Shown piece by piece: positions 1 through 9,409 of a stretch of 30,348 nt of DNA. Source of the stretch: Chiloscyllium plagiosum (lineage: Eukaryota). The translations under genes were made by a program, and so were the position numbers. The notes beneath the pieces are model-generated. The model was not told the origin of the DNA. It did no database searches and saw only the letters and a list, made by a program, of their open reading frames with translations. Within the stretch, counting starts at the first letter, position 1. Each line of letters begins with the position of its first letter. The stretch lies in contig NC_057720.1 in assembly GCF_004010195.1 (NCBI RefSeq), forward strand, positions 24,319,806-24,350,153, given 5' to 3'.

Positions 1-116
1 CTAATGAAGGATTTATTCCCAAAATGTTGATTCTCCTGCTCCTTGGATGCTGCCTGACCGGCTGTGCTTTTCCAGCACCACACTCTCAACTCTGATCTCC
101 AGCTCTCACTTTCTCA
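1..116 (+). mobile_element. Decayed Penelope-like pseudo-LTR/3' end fragment (same family as 680-899), cut by the window edge
   Basis: Aligns by eye with 775-899 (gattctcctgctccttggatgctgcctgacc...cttttccagcaccacact...ctctgatctccagc...ctcactttctc). The hammerhead core is degenerate. Confidence 0.8.
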
Positions 117-118
117 CT

Positions 119-601
119 TTGTTTTACCTGGTACCTTAATGAACCGGAACTCTTGATAAACCAGCAAAAATTATATACCTCAAACGTCATGAAGTTTACT
201 ATTATTCTGTCCAATTATTATTGTATTTTTAAAAATTCATTTACCTCAATGCAAATATATTTGTTATTCAATTGAATAGCCACACAAAGTATCAATAGTT
301 GATTCAATTTCAAATCAATTTCTCCTCAAATATCGACTGCAATGTCTGAGCAGTCAGTTGAGGGGACTAGTGAGAAAGCTCTGTGCTGTTAAGTTTTATT
401 TTAAGGCAAATTTACATTATTATTTAATTGATTTATGCTGTAAATGAAGTAAAACAGTGATGTGTATCCCCCGTGCATTATGTTTCTATTACTTAGTGCA
501 TGTTTTTATGTTTAATTATGTGGACTTCTTGATTATCCAGAATATTTGATCAATCAGCACATTCCTGGTCTCTTCGCTGCCAGATAATAAAAAGTTTACT
601 G
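119..601. mobile_element. Non-autonomous Tc1/mariner-superfamily (Tigger/pogo-like) DNA element; only the right end is visible
   Basis: Ends in ...cagataataaaaagtttactg|TA, whose reverse complement TA|CAGTAAAC is a typical pogo/Tigger terminus. Subterminal TTATCC/GATAA motifs resemble those of the 8503-8861 MITE. Left TIR not seen. Confidence 0.5.
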
Positions 602-679
602 TAGTCCAAGTTTGCCAAAGCTACACAAGGCATTAGTTAGTTTTTAAAATTAATCAGAAAAGATTGGGATTCTGTATAC

Positions 680-899
680 GCTGGAAATGTGTTGCTGGAA
701 AAGCGCAGCAGGTCAGGCAGCATCCAGGGAACAGGAGAATCGACGTTTCGGGCACAAGCCCTTCTTCAGGATTCCTGAAGAAGGGCTTGTGCCCGAAACG
801 TTGATTCTCCTGTTCCCTGGATGCTGCCTGACCTGCTGTGCTTTTCCAGCAACACATTTCCAGCTCTGATCTCCAGCATCTGCAGACCTCACTTTCTCC
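680..899 (+). mobile_element. Penelope-like element-derived fold-back insertion (inverted pseudo-LTR pair plus 35-bp tail)
   Basis: 680-864 is a palindrome with 92-bp arms, a 1-nt centre at 772 and 2 mismatches. Unpaired tail 865-899. Flanking direct repeat attctgtata at 669-678 and 900-909. Confidence 0.88.
769..810 (+). ncRNA. Minimal type I hammerhead ribozyme motif (mirror copy on the minus strand at about 734-775)
   Basis: CTGAAGA (775-781) - A - GGGC/ttgt/GCCC helix II - GAAA (795-798) - CGTT. The minus-strand copy reads CTGAAGAAGGGCTTGTGCCCGAAACGTC. This fits the CUGANGA...GAAA..UH core described for Penelope-like elements. Confidence 0.7.
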
Positions 900-983
900 A
901 TTCTGTATATGCTCACATCCCAAAACAGCAACACCATCGCCCCGTCCACCCTTCAAACACCTCGCTGGGGAATCGCCCTCAGA

Positions 984-1929
984 GTTTTAAGAGTTTGTAT
1001 CATTGCCATTCCGAGAATTTTGTGAAGTACTTTTCATTAGTAATAAATAGTTATTCCAGTTTTACATAAAACAGTGTCAGAGACACTAGTATAGCTCAGG
1101 GATAGTAAATTGAGGGACAGGAATCATCATGGATTAGGATTGTCCGCTGATCAGTCACCACCCTACCACCCCAGATGCTGCAGAAAACTAACCAAAGCTA
1201 AGGGGAAGTTTAACCCTATGACCTCGCAGCAGGTGCAAAACCAACTGGTAAGAAAAGTTACAATCCGGAGGGAAATTGAGGGTTCAGGTTTGCAAATCCA
1301 AACTCTGCAGCTCTGTGTGAGGAGTGGACGGGCAGAGCTTGAGCAGTGAGGTCCAGGATAGGATTGCTCCCAGAGAGGAGACACACCGAGGGAGTCCAAT
1401 TGGCAGGGAACCACAGGGGACACTGCATGAGGCAAAGGGCAGATAATGGTGACTGGAGCAGTAAAGGTCGAACTGGAAGACCATTTTCAGTGAGGAACTT
1501 ATTGTGAGTGTCCGATTAGTACGGTACCTCAAGGAGACTTCCCGGAAGAAGGAACCAACACAACTCTGTAACTCTATCAAAGGTTTCAGCTCTTTCCTCA
1601 CCAAATAGTGATAGAGCTGCTCAGAGGGGTATAGCACATTCGGGGGTCAGAACTACTAGTCTCAAAATCAAATACTTCAAGTCCACCATGTGGCCTACAA
1701 CTTTTCTTTCTTTGCATCTTTAACCTAATATCTAACCTCCACAACTAGCCTTCTGTCTTGTCTGTCAGGTTTAAGTGTCGGCTAGGGGAAAAGGGGGAGT
1801 TTGAGCTATAAGTCCAGGTATTAAGGTAGTGGTTTTAAGAGTTTGTATCATTACCATTCCGAGAATTTTGTAAAGTACTTTTCATTAGTGATAAACAGTT
1901 ATTCCAGTTTTACATAAAAGTGTCGGAGA
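984..1929 (+). mobile_element. LTR-like element bounded by ~100-bp direct repeats
   Basis: 984-1083 and 1832-1929 are near-identical (gttttaagagtttgtatcatt...ccattccgagaattttgt...gttattccagttttacataaaa...gtgtc.gaga). AATAAA in the first copy. No recognisable coding domain between them. Confidence 0.5.
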
Positions 1930-1934
1930 TAGGA

Positions 1935-3108
1935 CATAGAACAATACAGCACAGTACAGGCTCTTCGGCCCTCGTTGTTGTGCCAACCTTTTATCCTACT
2001 CAATGATCAAACTAACCTTGCATGCCCTACATTTTACTAGCATCTATGTGCCTATCCAAGTGTTGCTTAAATTTCCCTAATGTATCTTACTCTGCTACTA
2101 CTGCTGGCTGTGCATTCCACGCACCCACCACACACTCTGTGTAAAGAACCTACCTCTGAAATCTCCCCCAAAACCTTCCTCCAATCACCTTAAAACGATG
2201 CCCCCTCATGATAGACATTTCCGCCATGGGAAAAAAAAGTCTCTGGCTATTCACTCTATCAGCTTGTACACCTCTATCAAGTCCTTCTTCACTCTAATGA
2301 GAAAAGCTCTACCTCCCTAAACCTTTCTTCATAAGACATCCCTTCCAATCCAGGCAGTAGCCTGGTAAATCTCCTCTGCACCCTCTCTAAAGTTTCCACA
2401 TCTTTGCTGTAATGAGGTGACCAGAACTAAACACAAATTCCAAGTATGGTCTAACCAATGCTCTATAGAGCTACAGCATAATCTCGCGACTCTTAATCTC
2501 AATTCCCCACTAATGAAAGCCAACACACCATACACCTTCTTAACAACGCTATCAACTTGGGTTGCAATTTTGAGAGATCTATGGACGTGGATCCCAAAAG
2601 GGTTCCGTTCCTCCACACTGCTGAGAATCCTGCCTTTAACCCTGTAATTTGTATTCAAATTTGACCTTCCAAAATGAATTTCTTGACACTTTTCCAGGTT
2701 GAACTCCATCTGCCACTTCTCAGCCCAGCTCTGCATCCTGTCAATGTCCTGTTGCAACTTAGAACAACCCTCCACACTATCCACACTCTATCAACCTTTG
2801 TGTCATCAGCAAACTCACTAACTCACCATTCCACTTCTTCATCCAAGTCATTTATAAAAATCACAAAGAGCAGATAGATGCCTGCGGAACACCACTGGAC
2901 ACCGAGCTCCAGGCTGAATACATTCCATCAAGTACCATCTTCTGTCTTCTATGGGCCAGCCAATTCTGTAACCAGACAGCCAATTTCCCTGTATCACAGG
3001 CCTCCTTACTTTCTGAATGAGCCTACCATGGGGAACCTTATCAAATGCCTTGTTATAATCCATTTACACCACATCCAAAGCTCTACTTTTATCAATGTAT
3101 TTTGTCAC
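1935..3108 (-). mobile_element. CR1-clade LINE, 3' part of an older copy (RT C-terminal half plus 3' UTR), decayed
   Basis: Minus-strand peptides KAFDKVPHGRLIQK and LQQDIDRMQSWAEKWQMEFN, with frameshifts and stops. 3' tail at about 1935-1960. Confidence 0.93.
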
Positions 3109-5238
3109 ATAGAGTCATAGAGATGTACGCCGAAAATGTGTTGCTGGAAAAGCGCAGCAGGTCAGGCAGCATCCAGGGAACAGGAGAATCGACATTTCGG
3201 GCATAAGCCCTTCTTCAGGAATGGTCAGCCATTCCTGAAGAAGGGCTTATGCCCAAAACGTCGATTCTCCTGTTTCCTGGATGCTGCCTGACCTGCTGCG
3301 CTTTTCCAGGAACACATTTTCGGCTCTGATCTCCAGCATCTGCAGACCTCACTTTCTCCTCATAGAGATGTACAGCATGGAAACAGACCCTTTGGTTCAA
3401 CCCGTCCAGGCTGACCAGATATCACAACCCAATCTAGTCCCACCTGTCAGCACATGGCCCATATCCCTCCAAACCCTTCCTATTCATATACTCATCCAAA
3501 TGCCTTTTAAATGTTGCAATTGTACCAGCCTCCACCACTTCCCCTGGCAGCTCATTTCATAATGTACCACCCTCTGTGTGAAAAGGTTGCCCCTTAGGTC
3601 GCTTTTATACCTTTCCCCTCTCACACTAAACCTATGACCTCTAGTTCTGGACTCCCCCACTCCAGGGAAAAGACTTTGTCTATTTATCCTACCCATGCCC
3701 TTCATGATTTTGTCAACTTCTATAAGGTCACCCCTCAGCCTCCGACACTCCAGGGAAAACAGCCCCAGCCTGTTCAGCCTCTCCCTATAGCCCAAATCCT
3801 CCAACCCTGGTAACATCCTTGTAAATCTTTTCTGAACCCTTTCAAGTTTCACAACATCTTTCCAATATGAAGGAGATCAGAACTGCACACAATATTCCAA
3901 CAATGGCCTAACCAATGCCCTGTACAGCCGTAACATGACCTCCAACTCCTGTACTCAATATTCTGACCAATAAAGGAAAGCATACCAAACGCCTTCTTCA
4001 CTATCCTATCTACCTGCGAGTTTATTTCAAGGAGCTATGAACCTGTACTCCAAGGTCTCTTTGTTTAGCAACACTCCCTAGGACCTTACCATTAAGTGTA
4101 TTAGTCCTGCTAAGATTTGCTTTCCCAAAATGCAGCACCTCACATTTAGCTGAATTAAACTCCATCTGCCATTTCTCAGCCCATTGGCCCATCTGGTCTA
4201 GATCCTGTTGTAATCTGAGGTAACCCTCTTCGCTGTCCACTACACCTCCAATTTTGGTGTCATCTGCAAACTTACTAACTGTACCTCTTATGCTCGCATC
4301 CAAATCATTTACGTAAATTACAAAAAGTAGAGGACCCAGCACCGATCCTTGTGGCACTCCAATGCTCACATGCCTCCAGTCTGAAAAACAACCCTCCACC
4401 ACCATCCTCTGCCTTCTACCTTTGAGCCAGTTCTGTATCCAAATGGCTTGTTCTCCCTGTATTCCGTGAGATCTAACTTTGCTAATCAGTCTCTCATGGG
4501 GAACCTTGTCGAACGCCTTACTGAAGTCCATATAGATCACATCTACCACTCTGCTCTCATCAATCCTCTTTGTTACTTCCTCAAAAAAGTCAATCAAGTT
4601 TGTGAGACATGATTTCCCAAGCACAAAGCCATGTTGACTACCCCAAATCAGTCCTTGCCTTTCCAAACACATGTACATCCTGTCCCTCAGGATTCCCTCC
4701 AACAACTTGCCCACCACCGACATCAGGCTCACTGGTCAATAGTTCCCTGGCTTGACCTTACCACCCTTCTTAGACAGTGGCACCATGTTAGCCAACCTCC
4801 AGTCTTCCACTACCTCACCTGTGACTATCGGTGATATAAATATTTCAGCAAGAAGCCCAGCAATCACTTCTCTAGCTTCCCACAGTGTTCTAGGGTACAC
4901 CTGATCAGGTCCTGGGGATTTATCCACCTTTTATGCATTTCAAGACATCCAGCACTTCCTCCTCTGTAATATGGACATTTTGCAAGGTGTCACCATCTAT
5001 TTCCCTTCGCTCTATATCTTCCATATCCTTTTCCACAGTAAATACTGATGCAAAATACTCGTTTAGTACTCCCCCATTTTCTGCGGCTCCACACAAAGGC
5101 CGCCCTGCTGATCTTTGAGGGGCCCTATTGTCTCCCAAGTTAACCTTTTGTCCTTAATGTATTTGTAAAAACCCTTTGGATTCTCCTTAATTCTATTTGC
5201 CAAAGCTATCTTATGTCCACTTCTTGTCCTCCTGATTT
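3109..5238 (-). mobile_element. Younger 5'-truncated CR1 (HER1-like) LINE, RT region, frameshifted
   Basis: ORFs 4022-4732 ([47 protein letters not shown]), 3484-3852 (LERVQKRFTRMLPGL) and 4736-4927 (KSPGPDQVYPR). Tail made of ctatgact units. Confidence 0.96.
3129..3359 (+). mobile_element. Second Penelope-derived fold-back insertion with hammerhead motifs
   Basis: Palindrome 3129-3324 with 96-bp arms and loop tcag (3225-3228). Same 35-bp tail as 865-899. TSD tcatagagatgtac at 3115-3128 and 3360-3373. Confidence 0.9.
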
Positions 5239-5885
5239 CCTCAAAGAATTCAATAAAGCTTGTGAGGAATGACCTGGCCCTCACAAAGTCATGCTGACCA
5301 TCTCTAATCAAACTATCCTTTTACAAATAACCATGAATCCTGTCTCTCAGAATCCTCTCCAATAATTTGCCCGCCACTGACATAAGACTGACTGGGCTGT
5401 AATTCCCAGGATTATCCCTATTCCCTCTCTTGAACAAGAGAATAACATCTGCTGCCTTCCAATCATCTAGTACAACTCCAATGGACAGTGAGCACGCAAA
5501 GGTCATCGCCAAAGGTGCAGCAATCTCTTCCCTCGCTTCCCATAGAAACCTTGGGTATATCCCATCTGGTCCAGGGGACTTATCTATCCTCATGGTTTTC
5601 ATAATGTCCAGCACATCATCCTTCCCAACATTAACCTGTTAGACCATATCAGCCTGTTTCACGCTGTCCTCACAAACAACGAGGTCCCTGTCACTCATGA
5701 ATACTGAAGCAAGGTATTCATTAAGGATTTCCCCTACTTTTCCAACTCCAGGCGCAAATTCCTTCCACTATCTGATTGGCCCTACTCTCACTCTGGCCAT
5801 CCTCGTGTTCTTCGCATAAGTGTAGAATGCCTTGGGGTTTTCCTTAATTCGATCTGCCAAGGCTTTTTTATGACCCCTTCTCACT
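5237..5885 (-). mobile_element. CR1 LINE, upstream part of the older copy that continues at 3108
   Basis: ORF 5321-5614 (KSPGPDGIYPRFLWEAREEIA...DNPGNYSPVSL), then QHDFVRARSFLTSFIEFFEE, which joins VTKYID at 3108. Confidence 0.92.
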
Positions 5886-5886
5886 A

Positions 5887-6260
5887 TCCCTGGAGCATCA
5901 GAGGCTGAGGAATGACGTTATAGAGGTTTACAAAATTATGAGGGGCATGGACAGGATAAATAGACAAGTCTTTTCCCTGGGGTCGGGGAGTCCAGAACTA
6001 GAGGGCATAGGGTTAGGATGAGAGGGGAAAGATATAAAAGAGACTTAAGGGGCAACTTTTTCACGCAAAGGGTGGTACGTGTATGGAATGAGCTGCCAGA
6101 GGAAGTGATGGAGACTGGTACAATTGCAACATTTAAAAGGCATTTGGATGGTTATATGAATAGGAAGGGTTTGGAGGGATATGCGCCGTGTGCTGGCAGG
6201 TGGGACTAGATTGGGATGGGATATCTGGTCGGCTGTACATCTCTATGACACTGTGACTCT
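5887..6260 (+). mobile_element. CR1 (HER1-like) 3' fragment
   Basis: Peptide RDLRGNFFTQRVVRVWNELPEEV plus a 3' UTR ending ctctatgacactgtgactct. Confidence 0.93.
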
Positions 6261-6611
6261 AAGTATATTTATATTGAGGTAAATACATTTAAAAACCATA
6301 ACAATTTCTCAGAATAATGCAGTAAACATTGCGGTATTTGAGGTATTTAATTTTTGCTGCTTTGTCAAGAGTTCCGGTTCATAAGGTACTAGGTTAAAAC
6401 AAAGTTTGTCATATCTATATTTTAAACTAGCAGTTTCCTGCATACTTACTTCCTTCTCTGAAATACCAAATGCAAATCCACTTGGTATTTTCATTCTGAC
6501 AGGACCTTCTGATGCATCTACTCTATCTCAGCTACCACTACTTTTGGAACCGAGAAGGAAGTCCATTAGCTTCTGGGACTTGACAGGCTTTAATTCTTGG
6601 CACCCTAGTCA

Positions 6612-7330
6612 CTGTGCTCCCAATGTGGTCTCCTCTATATTGGAAAGACAAAACACTGACTTGCTTTGCTGAGCACCTTCGGTCTGTACGCAATCAGGTC
6701 CAGGACCTTCCCGTGGCTTGCCACTTCAACACACAATCCTGCTCCCATGCCCACATGTCTGTCCTTGGCCTGCTGCAATGTTCCAGTGAAGCTCAACACA
6801 AACTGGAGAAACAGCATCTCATCTTCCGATTAGGCACGTTACAGCCTGCTGCTCTCAACATTGAATTCAACAACTTCAGATAATTTTATTTCATTTATTG
6901 TTTTTTCACTGTTCTGTACCTCTTATTTCTTGATTGTCTCTCTTTCTCTCGCTCCCCACTCTCTCATCACCTCTTTCTCTCCTCTTCCCCCTTTGCTACC
7001 CTTCTCCCATGTTTTCCATTTTGCCTCTGCTTCACCCATTCCCCCCATCCCCCACATATTTTGTCACACAGCACTGGCTTCAGCCTTGGTCATTCACAGC
7101 TCCTAATCTCCCTATAATCTCCCTATGCACTGTCATTATCACCTCTTTATTGCTACCTTTGCTTCTGGAGCCATGACTCACCTTCTCTCAGCCTGGTATA
7201 AATACCTCCCTATTTCTCCCCTTTTTTTAGCTTTGACAAAGGGTCAGTTAGACTCGAAACATCAGCTCTTTTCTCTCCTTACAGATGCTGCCAGACCTGC
7301 TGAGATTTTCCAACATTTTCTCTTTTGGTC
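6612..7330 (+). mobile_element. Penelope-like retroelement 3' fragment: GIY-YIG endonuclease remnant, pyrimidine-rich UTR and decayed hammerhead
   Basis: CSQCGLLYIGKT from 6615 (YIG at 6636-6644), then frameshifted FAEHLRSV...PVACHFN...EKQHLIFRLGTLQPAALNIEFNNFR*. Hammerhead-like ttgacaaagggtc...gactcgaaacatc at 7233-7263, with an agct/agct helix I. Confidence 0.9.
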
Positions 7331-7539
7331 CTAGTCACTGTAATTGTTTTGAATTCCTCCCTCTCCTTTACTCCTTGATTAGGACTATGTCTGAGATATT
7401 ATTTGGGTCTTCGCCAGTGAAAAATGTCTATGTCTATGCCTGCCATTTCTTTATTTCCAATCATTAATTCCCATATTCTCAAGAGGACCATCACTCCTTT
7501 CTGTTGTACAATGTAATGGTTCTGAAGGAGTTAATGTTT

Positions 7540-7645
7540 ATAAAACAAAGGACTGTGAATGCTGGAAAGCTGAAACAAAACAGAAATTGCTGGAGAAAGA
7601 TGTGGCTGCATCTGTGGAGAGAAAGCACAGTTCACATTTCAGAAC
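7540..7645 (-). mobile_element. Highly decayed Penelope-like 3' end
   Basis: aatgctggaaagctgaaacaaaacagaaattgctggagaaa...gcatctgtggagag is the reverse complement of the 7270-7330-type terminus. Confidence 0.55.
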
Positions 7646-8294
7646 CTTGTTCAGTTACTACTTTAGTTACATTGGTTCCATCCCTTTGACTGACTTGCAC
7701 ACAGTCTGTAGGTGGAGATAAGGAGTTGCATGCTAGTTTTCAGAGGCAGCAGATGTATGCGTACTAGCTCCCTAAGGGTCTAGTAATTATACCTGACCAA
7801 ATGTAGCTATATCCTCCGGGCTCTTTGAAATTATGCCATCTCTAGAGATAGTTTCGAAGAGTTTATGTAGTCACTGACATGCACGCAGTCACACTTGTAA
7901 TTGTCTGCAGGGACTTTTAAAATAGCTTAAATTAGCATGTCAATAGTACGTAAATAAAATATCCATTGGAAACCAGCACTTTATGGAAAATGAAGCATTT
8001 ATATCCTGGTTAAAAGAACTCAAGACACCCACGTGACATTTTGTGAACTTTCCTGAAATTGTTGAAAGATTAAATACATCATAATTGAATAACACTTTGT
8101 TGGTAATGAGTAAATACGGTATAAGAGGAATACTTGTGTTTCTGTGATTCCATTTAAGTAGATAATTATTTTACATAAATTATTAGTAGAATGATTAGGT
8201 AAGAGTTATATGAATTATTAACTGGAGACAATAAAAGCAATTTTTCATCAGTCTAAATGAAAAGTATGGGGGAGAGAAAAGATGTAGGGCAAGC

Positions 8295-8392
8295 CAGAAA
8301 CAAATAGAGAATGCTAGAAATATACAACAGATCCATCAGCATCTTCAGGGAGAAAAGACAAGGAAACAGTTCAGGACTAATGCTTTATCAGC
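8295..8392 (-). mobile_element. Highly decayed Penelope-like 3' end
   Basis: agaatgctagaaatatacaacagatccatcagcatc...gtttcag-like...atcag pattern, similar to the other minus-strand pLTR remnants. Confidence 0.4.
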
Positions 8393-8502
8393 ACAAAAAA
8401 TCAAGGATAATTGAGTACTTTTGTACAGTTAGCAAATTATGTAAGAAATGGACATTACTTTAATCTCAGCAAGAAATGGTTTAGAATGAATGAATCCAAA
8501 TA

Positions 8503-8861
8503 CAGAACAACCTTGATTATCCGAATGAGACAGGCGGGGAGTACTTTGTTCGGATAATGGATTGTTCAGATAACCAGAAGCAAGCAGTAATTTAAGAGTG
8601 CTGGTTGTCCGCACATTCCTCATTTATCCGGCAATGCATGCCATAATGCCATTTAACCAATAACTGATCTATCATAAACAAGCGGTAATTTGAGTGTCAG
8701 TTATCGAATATTTCTCAGTTATCCAGCAATGCACACCATAATGTTGTTTAATTGATAATTGAATGCTGAGTTACCTAATGCCGTTTTTATGGAACCTTGA
8801 GGTCTTATTTGGATAAGCCGCAATTTGGATAATTGATGTTCAGATAATCAAGGTTCTACTG
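8503..8861. mobile_element. Tigger/pogo-like MITE (359 bp)
   Basis: 23-bp TIRs: CAGAACAACCTTGATTATCCGAA versus reverse-complemented CAGTAGAACCTTGATTATCTGAA (3 mismatches). TA on both sides (8501-8502, 8862-8863). Repeated internal TTATCC/GGATAA motifs. Confidence 0.9.
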
Positions 8862-9409
8862 TACTGCTTGTGAGAATTGATTCGATAATCATTAGGCAAT
8901 CACTGAATAATAGAACACAGAAGTAGGTCATTTGGCCTAGTGATTCTGTGACAGCTATTTGAAAGCAATGATTCAAAAGCAAAGTAATGGACATGTTAAC
9001 TGGATAGGTCAATGAAAAGATATTTGCAATACACTGAACTCTGTTTGTATTTCTATGTAAAGTACCTTTCCCATTTCTATTCAAATATCCCTGTCACAAA
9101 TGAATATCAATGTTGTGAGTATTGGAAACTGCTGAGGATTGGGAGCAGAGATGGATTATTGAGAGGATTGCTGTCCAGGATGTTGTGTGTTTACTTTAGT
9201 GGGACCTTCTATGTTTATTGAGCATTTATTGTCTTCACTTCAGAAATCCAGAATTTAAATACTTTGCTTTTCTCCATGTGGAAACCCACAAACCTGCTTC
9301 AGCATTCAATAAGATAGCAGCTAATGGCTTTTTGCTTGAATGTACTCAATGATTGTTGAGTAAGCTTGTTCACATCAAGAACGCAGAGAACACATGAAAC
9401 TTAATATCC

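Noticed and set aside
680..864. Palindrome as a DNA-transposon MITE or a miRNA gene
   Set aside because: The asymmetric 35-bp tail, variable-length TSD, variable centre and single-arm copies elsewhere fit Penelope pLTRs better.
654..1069. Overlapping ORFs on both strands with near-identical peptides (CCWKSAAGQAASREQEN)
   Set aside because: Artefact of the palindromic non-coding repeat. The same peptides recur at 3215-3562 and 20386-20700.
4022..4732. 236-aa reverse transcriptase ORF as an active gene or novel RT system
   Set aside because: It is a fragment of a 5'-truncated, frameshifted CR1 with several sibling copies in the window.
6441..6600. Strong minus-strand donor (GAA|GTAAGT at about 6449) and plus-strand acceptor at about 6502 as exons of a neighbouring gene such as AGL
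   Set aside because: No frame resembles the AGL N-terminus or any protein I recognise. A non-coding exon cannot be excluded without RNA data.
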